A DNA stretch of 64,000 nucleotides from Algoriphagus sp. (lineage in GTDB: Bacteria; Bacteroidota; Bacteroidia; Cytophagales; Cyclobacteriaceae). Numbering within the stretch: position 1 is the first letter of the stretch; the number at the start of each line of letters is the position of its first letter. Below are positions 1 to 9,693 of the stretch, in pieces. Both the position numbers and the translations under genes were made by a program. The DNA is taken from positions 22,057 to 86,056 of the forward strand of contig NZ_JAMWZB010000014.1 in the NCBI RefSeq assembly GCF_024305035.1, written 5' to 3'. The notes under the pieces are model-generated. The model did not search any database. It had not been told where the DNA came from and saw nothing but the letters and a program-made list of their open reading frames with translations.

Positions 1-27
1 TGTAATAAATGGGTACTTCTTTTTCAT
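1..27 (-). CDS. 5' end of a CDS running off the window (MKKKYPFIT...)
   Basis: ATG at 27 on minus strand, open to the window edge, co-oriented with ytxJ; only 9 codons visible. Confidence 0.3.
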
Positions 28-144
28 AGACTACTTGTTATCCCTCTTTGACTGAATCAAAAAGGCAAAGGTTTAGTCTACCGTACTAAAAAAATTAGAA
101 TGGAATTTTAACTGGATGGAAGGCAAAATAAAGGGTTGGAATTC

Positions 145-480
145 TCAAAGCTTTTCCATGATTCGATCATAAGAAATTCCAAAATGACTATCTTCAAAAA
201 CTGCCTTTCCTTGCTTAATCAAAATTACTTGAGGGGACTGATGAGCTACGGCAAAGTCTGATTCAATTTGATCCGAAATCGATCGATAAGCAATTAAGTC
301 CAACAAATAGGGTACAACTTTGGCCTGATCCTCTTCTTTCCAATTTCGAAGTAGTCGGTCTAATGACATACTGCTGATGGAGCACCGGGTACTGTGCTTG
401 AAAATCAAAACAGGACGCTCCATGCTGATGCTTTTAAGCTCCTCGATTTGATTATGAGTTGTTAATTTTATCCAGTTCAT
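145..480 (-). CDS. ytxJ: Bacillithiol system redox-active protein YtxJ (DUF2847, thioredoxin-like)
   Basis: IFKHSTRCSIS single-Cys motif and V.HQSPQVILIK motif typical of YtxJ. Confidence 0.85.
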   Translation of the reverse strand: MNWIKLTTHNQIEELKSISMERPVLIFKHSTRCSISSMSLDRLLRNWKEEDQAKVVPYLLDLIAYRSISDQIESDFAVAHQSPQVILIKQGKAVFEDSHFGISYDRIMEKL

Positions 481-550
481 TTCTAATTCTCCTTATTTGG
501 GTCAATACTTGCAGGGGAGTTTACGTTCAATTCCTGAATCTATACCATTC

Positions 551-1963
551 ATGAAATTATTATCCGCAACACAATTGCAAAAATACATTTTCCTTTCGAT
601 TTTATCCAGCTTCCTATTCTTAGGTTGCAAAAGTTTGGATATTTCCAATCCTGGTCCACTGCCTGACCTTCCCAGTCCCGAGTCTGAGGTAAATGTCCCC
701 TTTGTTTTCCCCAAAGAAACCCTCCACCGACTTATCAATAGTCAAATCCCCAATCAACTCCTCACTCAAGATGAGTTGGAAATCGGGAATGGAATAGAAG
801 CAAATTTACAGCTTTCGCGCAATGGCCAAATCCAAACAGCAGCCCTGGATAGTCAACACATGACCCTTCAGCTTCCGATGAAAATTCAAGGGGAAATCGG
901 CTTATCTCAAAGCGGTTTAGGAAGTCTTTTCCGGGGCAAAGTCCCCCTAGACAATGAATTTGCTCCGGTTTTTAAAATCAATCCTGAAATCAATCCCGAT
1001 TGGAGTCTGAGTGTTCGTGATTTTGAACTTATGGAACTGGGTGGCAACCTCACTTTGGACGTATTGGGGATGAAAGTCGATCTCAGTGGAATGTTAGAGC
1101 GGGAATTGAAAAAATGGGCGGCAGAAAACTTAGGAGAAGAAAAGAAAATCGCACGGCTGAAACCTTGGGTGGATTTGGTTTGGGAGCAGGCTGGAAAGCC
1201 ATTCCAAGTAAGCATACAAGAGCAGAAAGTGGGTTTTTCGATTCGTCCGGAACGCGTACTTTTCAAGGAGTTTTTTGATGCCGACCAAAACCTCAACCTT
1301 TGGTTGGGACTACAGGGTCAAGTCCAAAGTCATCCCGGTGACGCCATGCCCAGCCGCGCTTTCCCCCTACCTCATTTAGGTCCGAACACCAACGACAATA
1401 ATCAGTTGGAAATTCTCCTTCCATCAGCGATTTCTTACCAGGAATTGGATGAAATTTTAGGGAAAAATCTCAATGGAAAAAGCTTTCGAGTGGACAGCAA
1501 AACCCTTCTTACCTTGAAGGAAGTCAAGTCCAAAGCATTTGGGGAGTTGATGGCTATGGAGACAGATTTTGCAGCAGAGCGATCTAACGGGAAAACGGTG
1601 GAAGGACGACTTTTTGTGGTGGGCAAGCCCAGTTTTGATCAGGAATTACAGTCCCTGACTTTTGAGGATGTCAATTTCAAAGTCATCAGTAATCAGGCTT
1701 CGGCAAATTTTGGAATTGCTTTAAAAAAGCGAAAAATCATCCGTCAAATCGAAAAAATGGCCGTTTTCCCTATTGGAGATTTGCTACAACAAAGTACCGA
1801 AGGTATTCAAGACCGGCTTGGATTGAACACTCCAATCGCAGATTTGGAAATTGAAAATCTGAAAATCATTCCTGAAGGATTTTATCCAACGGTCACCGGA
1901 CTTCGCATTTATGTCCATGCCAGTGGCAATATTGGGGTCAACTGGAAATCATTAGCGCATTAG
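551..1963 (+). CDS. DUF4403-family lipoprotein
   Basis: ATG 551 gives a signal peptide with lipobox FLGC; long beta-rich body resembling DUF4403; the ORF track's upstream extension is unlikely. Confidence 0.6.
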   Translation: MKLLSATQLQKYIFLSILSSFLFLGCKSLDISNPGPLPDLPSPESEVNVPFVFPKETLHRLINSQIPNQLLTQDELEIGNGIEANLQLSRNGQIQTAALDSQHMTLQLPMKIQGEIGLSQSGLGSLFRGKVPLDNEFAPVFKINPEINPDWSLSVRDFELMELGGNLTLDVLGMKVDLSGMLERELKKWAAENLGEEKKIARLKPWVDLVWEQAGKPFQVSIQEQKVGFSIRPERVLFKEFFDADQNLNLWLGLQGQVQSHPGDAMPSRAFPLPHLGPNTNDNNQLEILLPSAISYQELDEILGKNLNGKSFRVDSKTLLTLKEVKSKAFGELMAMETDFAAERSNGKTVEGRLFVVGKPSFDQELQSLTFEDVNFKVISNQASANFGIALKKRKIIRQIEKMAVFPIGDLLQQSTEGIQDRLGLNTPIADLEIENLKIIPEGFYPTVTGLRIYVHASGNIGVNWKSLAH

Positions 1964-2626
1964 ATCCTGATAGGTACGAATTCCCTTTTTTTGTGCCAAA
2001 GCCAAAAGCTTGAGCAAGAGCTGTGCGGTCAAAAAGGCATCTCCCGCTGCGGTATGCCGATCTTCCAAGCGGATTCCAAAACGAGCACAGACCTGGTCAA
2101 GCTGATAGGCTTCAGGTTTGAAATGGTTGAAATCCGCTCTTGGACCGTGTTCTAGTCGAAGGGTAAGGATTTTGGTGTCGATGACTGGATTGGGGAAAGC
2201 ATCCAAGCCAAATTTTCTTCCTATCCGAAGCAACATCTCCAAATCAAATCCGACATGATGCCCAACAATAATTCCATCTCCGAGGTAGGCGAGAACTTTT
2301 TGAAAAAAAAGACCAGGCTCCAACTGATTTTGGGTTTGAACGAGTCCATGAATGGTTGCGGCTTTCTCCCCTTTCATGTCAACCTGTGGATACCATTCAA
2401 CACTACTGGAGATCAAAATAGATTGATTTTGGATTTTTACGGCTCCAAAGGATAACACCTCATCTTTATTCGTATTCCATCCACTGGTCTCCGTATCCAA
2501 AACAACAAAGTTCAATCTAGAAATCTCACGAATATTCGGGATGGATATTCGATTAGATTCCAGGTACTTGCGAACAAAATCAGCTAGTTCTGCTGTGTTT
2601 TTTCTTCCAAAAGGCCACCAGCTCAT
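1952..2626 (-). CDS. DEDDh 3'-5' exonuclease (DnaQ/PolC-like), partner of DUF294 protein
   Basis: ExoI VVLDTETSG, ExoII HHVGFD, ExoIII RHTAAGDA; 4-bp overlap with upstream DUF294 gene. Confidence 0.85.
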   Translation of the reverse strand: MSWWPFGRKNTAELADFVRKYLESNRISIPNIREISRLNFVVLDTETSGWNTNKDEVLSFGAVKIQNQSILISSSVEWYPQVDMKGEKAATIHGLVQTQNQLEPGLFFQKVLAYLGDGIIVGHHVGFDLEMLLRIGRKFGLDAFPNPVIDTKILTLRLEHGPRADFNHFKPEAYQLDQVCARFGIRLEDRHTAAGDAFLTAQLLLKLLALAQKKGIRTYQDLMR

Positions 2627-4554
2627 GAGCGAAAATAGGCTAATTGAAATCTAACTTCGACCAAACTCTGAAGCTCCGAAAGCGGAACAAAGGCATTTTT
2701 AAGCAATTGGCGTTGGATTTTCCCCAAACTTTCCGGATCAATATACCTGCCACTGTTTTGGTGCTGTAGCCCTTCCAAGGCTCGCATCCGCATCAAAATC
2801 TCATATGCTTTTCCCGCTTGGGAATAGAGTTCGGACTGCTGTGGTTCGAGTTCTGCTAATCGCTCAAAACGACGAAACGTATTATTGATACCGACTACAC
2901 CATGACTCAAAATCAGCAATCTTGCCAAGTCAGCCATAGGCATCATCGCACGGGCTTTGATGTCGAACTGATCCCGATGCTCCCCGGATTTTTCAACCAT
3001 AAAACCTTTGAAAAATCCCAAAGGAGGGGGATTTTTTAGCGCATTTAATCCCAAGAAACTTAGGAAGGCTTTCTTTTTCTGAACTTGATCATAAATATGA
3101 GCGCTGAGGGATTGGCTAAGCGAAGTCGAGCCAGAAATGGCCCTGAAGTCAAAACAAATGGAAGCTTTGAGTAATGCGTCTGCGGTCGGGGTTAAAATCC
3201 AATCTGAAAAATACTTTTTCCAACCCGATAATGGCTGTACCCAACGCGGATTGGAGGCCATCATTTCACCGGGGCAAGGGGAAAATCCACAGGCAATTAA
3301 AGTCTCTACAATTCCCGTTCCCAATGCAAGAAAATAAGCCTGAGCCTGTTGATGTAGTGCTTCGGGAACATCCTCATAAATCAAGGCATTATCCTGATCG
3401 GTACGCAGCAGCTGCTCTTCCCTTCCTTCTGAACCTAAGGACAAAAAAGCAAAATTAAGGGATCTGCATTCCGGATACTTGGAGTCCAATTCCTTTTTGA
3501 CACGCTCGGCAGCCTTCTGAATAATGGTATCATTGATCTCTGTCATAACCGAGGAAACAAAATCCATGGCCACTTCATTATCCAAGTAATAGCGAAGCAT
3601 CTGCTCCGCCCGATCGCGGATTGCCCGCATTTCTGCTAAAGAAGCCGCATTATTCAAGGCGTGAACCACTACTGCAGGACTATTTCCCATGGAAAGTAGC
3701 ACATCGTGATCGGAAATAATACCACAAACAGGACTTTGTTCGGTACCATCTTCAGTCAAAATCAAATGATGAAGCCGATGCTTGATCATGGTTAGGTAAA
3801 GATCCGAAAAGTCGGCACCTCTGGGCTGAGTGACCACTGGAGTGCTCATGATTTCTCCCGCAGTTCTGGAGACGTCTTTCGCCTCTGAGACTACTTTATT
3901 GCGCAGGTCCTTGTCTGTGATGATTCCCAAGGGAAATCGATTGGCGTCAACCAAAACCAGGGAACTGACTTGATGAGCACTCATTAACTGTGCGGCATGT
4001 TGAATCGAAATATGAGGCAGAGCAACTAGGACATTTTCCGAAACTTTAATTTGGGATTGGTCCGAAAAAATTAGAAGCGAATGATCTTTGGGTTGGGTTT
4101 TAAACGTTTTTCGGGCGATTTGACCTTGAGAAAGATCTTGCCTGACGACCACCTGACCGGAAGCAAAACCCGCGGCAAAATAAAGAGCCACTTTGCTGTT
4201 TTGATTCAACATCTCCTCAAAAACTGCGACTGGAACGGCATAAATTAAAGCGTCCTCCACTGCTTTTGCGCTCAGAAGATAGGGCCTTTTTCCCAGCAAT
4301 GCCAATACTCCAAAAACATCGCCTTCCTCACAATATTCCTTGATTTCCATGCCATCAAGCAATTCTATTTTCCCTTCTTTGAGTACCAAAAAGTGAGGAA
4401 GCGGGTCCTCTCCTTTTTGGAAAAGGAATGCTCCTTTTTCATAATACCGGACCTCTACAGAACGCGCCACTAAGCTCAAATTTTCTTGGGAAAGAAAGGA
4501 AAATGGAGGATACCCCTTCAAAAACTCTGCAACCCGGTTGACGATGACGTTCAT
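2623..4554 (-). CDS. cNMP-binding + CBS pair + DUF294 nucleotidyltransferase-like + DUF294_C protein
   Basis: N-terminal cNMP domain (YYEKGAFLFQKG, GDVFG), two CBS repeats (LGIITDKD, CGIISDHD), NTase motif LGSEGREEQLLRTDQDN; ATG 4554 preferred over TTG 4563. Confidence 0.85.
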   Translation of the reverse strand: MNVIVNRVAEFLKGYPPFSFLSQENLSLVARSVEVRYYEKGAFLFQKGEDPLPHFLVLKEGKIELLDGMEIKEYCEEGDVFGVLALLGKRPYLLSAKAVEDALIYAVPVAVFEEMLNQNSKVALYFAAGFASGQVVVRQDLSQGQIARKTFKTQPKDHSLLIFSDQSQIKVSENVLVALPHISIQHAAQLMSAHQVSSLVLVDANRFPLGIITDKDLRNKVVSEAKDVSRTAGEIMSTPVVTQPRGADFSDLYLTMIKHRLHHLILTEDGTEQSPVCGIISDHDVLLSMGNSPAVVVHALNNAASLAEMRAIRDRAEQMLRYYLDNEVAMDFVSSVMTEINDTIIQKAAERVKKELDSKYPECRSLNFAFLSLGSEGREEQLLRTDQDNALIYEDVPEALHQQAQAYFLALGTGIVETLIACGFSPCPGEMMASNPRWVQPLSGWKKYFSDWILTPTADALLKASICFDFRAISGSTSLSQSLSAHIYDQVQKKKAFLSFLGLNALKNPPPLGFFKGFMVEKSGEHRDQFDIKARAMMPMADLARLLILSHGVVGINNTFRRFERLAELEPQQSELYSQAGKAYEILMRMRALEGLQHQNSGRYIDPESLGKIQRQLLKNAFVPLSELQSLVEVRFQLAYFRS

Positions 4555-4711
4555 ATTTTTCAAATTAAAAACGAGGAGGCCTCAACGGTAATAGACAACT
4601 TTTAAAGTTGTTTTAAGAGACGAAAACAACCCTTACTCTAAGTATACGTAAAGCTGAGCATTTTTTGAGGTCAGCTACTTCTGAGACCATCTCGTTTTTA
4701 AGGCAAGAATC

Positions 4712-6604
4712 TTATTTCCTCCCAGCAATAATTTGCTCAACCACTTCTGGATCTAGCAGCGTGGAAGTATCCCCCATAGTTTCCATATTTCCTTCAGCCA
4801 CCTTTCTAAGAATTCTTCGCATGATTTTTCCAGAACGGGTTTTTGGTAATCCGGGAACAATCTGAATTTTGTCGGGTTTGGCGATCGGTCCGATGATTTT
4901 CGAAACGGTATCCTTAATTTCATTAATCAGGTTTTCTTCTGTTCGGTTTGCCATATCGCAGATTACATAAGCATAGATTCCCTGCCCCTTAACCTCATGA
5001 GGGTATCCGACCACTGCCGATTCGATAACTTTAGGATGTTCATTAATTGCATTTTCCACCTCGGCTGTTCCCATCCGGTGTCCAGAAACATTGATTACAT
5101 CGTCCACCCGTCCGAGAATTCGATAATAGCCATCGTGGTCACGCTTTACCCCGTCTCCGGTAAAGTACATGTTCTTATAGGTAGAAAAATACGTTTGCTT
5201 GCATCGCTCATGATCTCCATAGGTGGTACGAATCATGCTGGGCCATGGGAATTTGATGCAGAGATTTCCCTCTACAGAATTTCCCGTAAGTTCTTTCCCT
5301 TCCGCATCCACAATACACAACTGTACACCCGGTAGGGGCAAAGTCGCGAAAGCTGGCTTGGTAGGTGTAATTCCTGCCAAGGGCGAAATCATGATTCCGC
5401 CGGTCTCAGTTTGCCACCAAGTGTCGACGATGGGACAACGGGTTTTTCCGATATGGGTATGGTACCAATGCCAGGCTTCTTCGTTAATCGGCTCGCCCAC
5501 CGAACCCAGGACTTTCAAAGAACTCAAATCATACGGCTCAATCGGATCCGTACCATAAGCCTGCAAGGCCCGAATAGCCGTTGGGGCAGTATAAAACTGA
5601 TTCACTTGGTACTTGTCCACAACCGCCCAGAATCTCCCCGCATCCGGAAATGTCGGAACTCCCTCAAACATCACTGAAGTAGCTCCAGCTAGTAAAGGCC
5701 CATAAACAATATAGGAATGCCCGGTGATCCATCCGATATCGGCGGTACACCAATAGACATCTCCGGGGGAATATTGAAATACATTCTCAAAGGAATATTT
5801 GGTGTAAACCATGTATCCTCCTGTGGTATGAACCACTCCTTTGGGTTTCCCAGTTGATCCGGAGGTATAGAGAATGAACAACAGGTCTTCACTATCCATG
5901 GTTTCAGCCTGATTGGTGTCATCCACACCCTCAATAACCTCATGCCACCAGTGATCCCTTCCGGGTTGCATGGTAACTTCTTGCTGGGTTCGCTGGTAAA
6001 CGATGACTGTTTCCACCGGTGCTTTTTCCAGGGCTTCATCCACGACCGATTTAACTCCAATTTTTTTATTTCCTCTAAAATTCCCGTCAGAAGTCAACAC
6101 CCCTTTTGCCCCACAATCGATGATTCGATCCGAAAGAGCCGATGAACTAAATCCAGCAAATACCACAGAATGAACCGCTCCGATTCTCGCACAGGCCAGC
6201 ATGGCAATAGCCGCTTCAGGGACCATAGGCATGTAAATGATTACTTTATCCCCTTTTTGGATCCCTTTTGCTTTAAGCGCATTGGAAAATTTACACACCT
6301 CATGATAAAGCTCCCGGTAGGTGATCGTTCGGCCCTCCTCCTTCGGGTCGTTGGGCTCCCAAATAATGGCGGGTCGGTCACCTATGGTAAATAGGTGTCG
6401 CTCCAAAATATTTTCGGTGATATTGAGTTTTCCATTCACAAACCATTTGACATCAGGACCTTCAAAATTCCAGTCCAACACCCGATCCCAACGCTTTTTC
6501 CAATGAAATGAATCTGCGATTCTGGCCCAAAATTCCTCGGGTTGGGCTACTGATTTTTGATATTCATGAAAATACCCACTCAGGGTATGAAGTCGATCAC
6601 TCAT
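4712..6604 (-). CDS. acs: Acetate--CoA ligase (AMP-forming)
   Basis: LYTSGSTGKPKG, SVGEPIN, DTWWQTETGG, LPKTRSGKIMRR motifs. Confidence 0.97.
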   Translation of the reverse strand: MSDRLHTLSGYFHEYQKSVAQPEEFWARIADSFHWKKRWDRVLDWNFEGPDVKWFVNGKLNITENILERHLFTIGDRPAIIWEPNDPKEEGRTITYRELYHEVCKFSNALKAKGIQKGDKVIIYMPMVPEAAIAMLACARIGAVHSVVFAGFSSSALSDRIIDCGAKGVLTSDGNFRGNKKIGVKSVVDEALEKAPVETVIVYQRTQQEVTMQPGRDHWWHEVIEGVDDTNQAETMDSEDLLFILYTSGSTGKPKGVVHTTGGYMVYTKYSFENVFQYSPGDVYWCTADIGWITGHSYIVYGPLLAGATSVMFEGVPTFPDAGRFWAVVDKYQVNQFYTAPTAIRALQAYGTDPIEPYDLSSLKVLGSVGEPINEEAWHWYHTHIGKTRCPIVDTWWQTETGGIMISPLAGITPTKPAFATLPLPGVQLCIVDAEGKELTGNSVEGNLCIKFPWPSMIRTTYGDHERCKQTYFSTYKNMYFTGDGVKRDHDGYYRILGRVDDVINVSGHRMGTAEVENAINEHPKVIESAVVGYPHEVKGQGIYAYVICDMANRTEENLINEIKDTVSKIIGPIAKPDKIQIVPGLPKTRSGKIMRRILRKVAEGNMETMGDTSTLLDPEVVEQIIAGRK

Positions 6605-6633
6605 GGTATTTTAGGTTTAATTACAAATTCAAA

Positions 6634-8319
6634 TTAATGGTCAGATGCCTTTCCTGCCCCTCTTGGAATTCTGATTTCCTGAATCATTTCCTGCACTTGG
6701 TTTGGTGGAGGTGGAGTGATTTTGGAAACCCCAAAACACACCAGAAAATTGATCATCATTCCCAAAGATCCTATTCCTTCAGGCGAAATCCCAAACCACC
6801 AAAATTCCTCAGAATTGGTTTCTGGACTGATAAATTTAAAATAAATGATATAAATCAGGGTAAAAACCAAGCCACTGAGCATTCCTGCAATGGCTCCTTC
6901 CTTATTCATACGAGTAGAGAATATCCCCAAAATAATCACCGGGAAAAAAGAGGCTGCTGCCAACCCAAAGGCAAAAGCCACCACTTGAGCCACAAATCCC
7001 GGCGGATTTACTCCAAAATATCCAGCCAAAATAACCGCTCCTGCGGCCGCGAGACGCGCAATGCGCAATTCCTTTTTTTCGGAAATCTCCGGTTTAAAGG
7101 TTTTGACCAAATCTCGGGAAACAGAGGTAGAAATCACCAAAAGCAATCCCGCAGCAGTAGACAGAGCAGCGGCCATAGCTCCGGCAGCTACCAATCCGAC
7201 CACCCAATTGGGGAGTTTGGCTATTTCTGGTGAAGCCAAGACCATGATATCCCGATCGATATTCAACTCATTTTCTTCTGAATTAGCGAGGTACTGAACT
7301 TTTTTATCTCCATTTTTATCGTTGACAGAAATCAAACCAGTCTTTTCCCAAGTACTTATCCAGTCGGGCAAGGCATCTATACTTTTTTCAGAGGTGCTCT
7401 CAATCGTATTGTAAATTCCAAAAGCCGCGATCGCTGGAGCAGTGGTGTAAAGAATCGCAATAAAAACCAAAGCATAACCTGCCGAAAGCCGCGCATCTTT
7501 TACCCTGGGAACAGTAAAAAAGCGCACAATTACATGAGGAAGTCCTGCAGTCCCTACCATCAGGGCAAGCGTGATCATCAGCATATCGGTCAACCCTTTT
7601 CTCCCGGAAGTGTATTGGGCAAACCCCAGCTCTGAGAGCACTCCGTCCAATTTATCTAACAAAGGGGTTCCATCTGCTAAACTTCCCCCCAGTCCCAACT
7701 GCGGAATCGGATTACCGGTGAGTTGCATGGATATAAAAATTGCCGGAACCATGTAGGCAAAAATCAACACACAATATTGCGCCACTTGGGTATAGGTGAT
7801 TCCTTTCATTCCCCCCATCACCGCGTAGAAAAACACAATTACCATCCCAATCACCACACCCCACTCAATCGGCACTTCCAAGTACCTGGAAAACACAATT
7901 CCCACTCCCCGCATTTGACCGGCTACATAGGTAAATGAGATAAATAGGGCACAAATCACCGCAACAATCCGAGCAGTATGGGAATAATATCGATCACCTA
8001 CAAAATCAGGGACGGTGAATTTCCCGAATTTTCTCAGGTATGGGGCCAGCAAAAGCGCCAAAAGCACATAACCTCCGGTCCAACCCATCAGGTAAACTGA
8101 CCCATCATAACCCGCAAAAGAAATGATTCCAGCCATAGAAATAAACGAGGCCGCTGACATCCAGTCTGCCGCCGTTGCCATGCCATTTGCAAGGGGGGAT
8201 ACTCCTCCTCCTGCCACATAAAACTCTTTGGTGGACCCAGCTCTAGTCCAGATGGCTATTCCTATATACAAGGCAAAACTTAATCCTACCAACAGGTAAG
8301 TCCAGGTCAATATTTCCAT
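6634..8319 (-). CDS. actP: Sodium:solute symporter, cation/acetate symporter ActP-like
   Basis: FYVAGG, NGMATAADWMSAASF, GTAGLPH motifs, many TM segments, adjacent to acs. Confidence 0.85.
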   Translation of the reverse strand: MEILTWTYLLVGLSFALYIGIAIWTRAGSTKEFYVAGGGVSPLANGMATAADWMSAASFISMAGIISFAGYDGSVYLMGWTGGYVLLALLLAPYLRKFGKFTVPDFVGDRYYSHTARIVAVICALFISFTYVAGQMRGVGIVFSRYLEVPIEWGVVIGMVIVFFYAVMGGMKGITYTQVAQYCVLIFAYMVPAIFISMQLTGNPIPQLGLGGSLADGTPLLDKLDGVLSELGFAQYTSGRKGLTDMLMITLALMVGTAGLPHVIVRFFTVPRVKDARLSAGYALVFIAILYTTAPAIAAFGIYNTIESTSEKSIDALPDWISTWEKTGLISVNDKNGDKKVQYLANSEENELNIDRDIMVLASPEIAKLPNWVVGLVAAGAMAAALSTAAGLLLVISTSVSRDLVKTFKPEISEKKELRIARLAAAGAVILAGYFGVNPPGFVAQVVAFAFGLAAASFFPVIILGIFSTRMNKEGAIAGMLSGLVFTLIYIIYFKFISPETNSEEFWWFGISPEGIGSLGMMINFLVCFGVSKITPPPPNQVQEMIQEIRIPRGAGKASDH

Positions 8320-8330
8320 GCTTGGTCTTT

Positions 8331-8594
8331 TTATTCTTCGTTGACGTCAAACTCACGATCCAGGCGGTTCATCCGCCAGACATAAATAAAAATCAAAATC
8401 ACAAAGGTGTAAATGGCTCCTTGCTGTGCAAACCAAAAGCCCAGTTTGAAACCTCCCAATTTGACCTCATTGAGTGGTTCTACCAGCAAAATCCCAAACC
8501 CAAAGGACACCATAAACCAGATCAAAAGTAAAACGAGTAGAGTTTGAAGGTTTTTCCTCCAATAGGCTTTCATTTTTTGCTTTTGACCGTCCAT
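8331..8594 (-). CDS. DUF4212 small membrane protein (putative symporter small subunit)
   Basis: AYWRKN...GFWFAQQGAI motif, two TM helices, directly upstream of the SSS gene. Confidence 0.85.
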   Translation of the reverse strand: MDGQKQKMKAYWRKNLQTLLVLLLIWFMVSFGFGILLVEPLNEVKLGGFKLGFWFAQQGAIYTFVILIFIYVWRMNRLDREFDVNEE

Positions 8595-8788
8595 GGGATG
8601 ATAATTTTAAGGGAAAAATCATTTATTCCTAAAATAGGGATTAGAAAAGTCGAAATGCAACCTGTTTTAGATTAATGGATCGTTTTTTTTCTAAATTCTT
8701 CCGCTTATCCCCATTTTTCTTCGGGTTTCAAAAAAATTAAATTTTATCGAAGCGTTTGAAAGTAAATCCGAAAGTTCAAATCCAATTT

Positions 8789-9571
8789 TTAGAGGAAAAA
8801 CTCGGAAACTATCGCCAGTCCAGCGGCTAAAAAGCTGACCAAAAGTTTATTGACATGAAGTTTATGCTGCGGACTGCTTTCAAAAAAAATCGTGGTGGAA
8901 ATATGTAGAAAACCACCTGCCACCAAGCCATATAATACCCCAATTCCGTCCCTGTCCAAAAGTCCGGATTCAAATAAAAAAGCACTACCGAACATCCCCA
9001 AGGGAGAAGCTAGCGCAAAAACAGTCAACAGCATTAACGTCCATCGTTTCGATAGTACCGAAGAAAGCACCGCTGAGAGAGCAAATGCAGCCGGACCCTT
9101 GTGCAGAATAATACCCAGCAATACGGTTTTTCCACTGTGCACATGCCCAAGAGCCACATTTTCCTCCAATAAGCTCCCATGAGAAAGCAAAGTGCCTTCC
9201 AGAAAAGCATGAATAAACAATCCCAGCATCACGGTCATTACCCCACTTTTAGACTGCCCCTGGTGGTGCAGGTGAATGTGGCCGTGTTCAATTCCACTGG
9301 ATAAATACTCCAAAAGTTGCTGGAAGAGAAACCCAATCAAAATGTACAACCCCATTTTGGACCCATCGATTCCATTGGTAAAGAGCTCTGGGATGATGTG
9401 GAGAATGGTAATTGAAAAAAGATAAGACCCGGCAAAAACCAAAATCAACTTAAAATACTTATCGCGGAATTTAGGCGCAAAAAAAACCAAAGATCCTGCG
9501 ATCATGGCAGTCAGAAATAAAAGAAGAAAATTAATGCCCATGCCTAGTATGTCCCTCTCCGGAATTGTCAT
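8789..9571 (-). CDS. ZIP-family metal transporter
   Basis: His-rich loop EHGHIHLHH, HAFLEG and IILHKGP motifs; start may be ATG 9541. Confidence 0.85.
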   Translation of the reverse strand: MTIPERDILGMGINFLLLFLTAMIAGSLVFFAPKFRDKYFKLILVFAGSYLFSITILHIIPELFTNGIDGSKMGLYILIGFLFQQLLEYLSSGIEHGHIHLHHQGQSKSGVMTVMLGLFIHAFLEGTLLSHGSLLEENVALGHVHSGKTVLLGIILHKGPAAFALSAVLSSVLSKRWTLMLLTVFALASPLGMFGSAFLFESGLLDRDGIGVLYGLVAGGFLHISTTIFFESSPQHKLHVNKLLVSFLAAGLAIVSEFFL

Positions 9572-9693
9572 TAGAAAAGAGATGATGGTATAACCGTCCT
9601 AAAGGTAATAAAATTCAATAATGTTGCATTTAAATTCTGCTTTGCTCTAAAACAAAACCAAAACCCTTGAATATCAACTAAAAATAATTTGGT

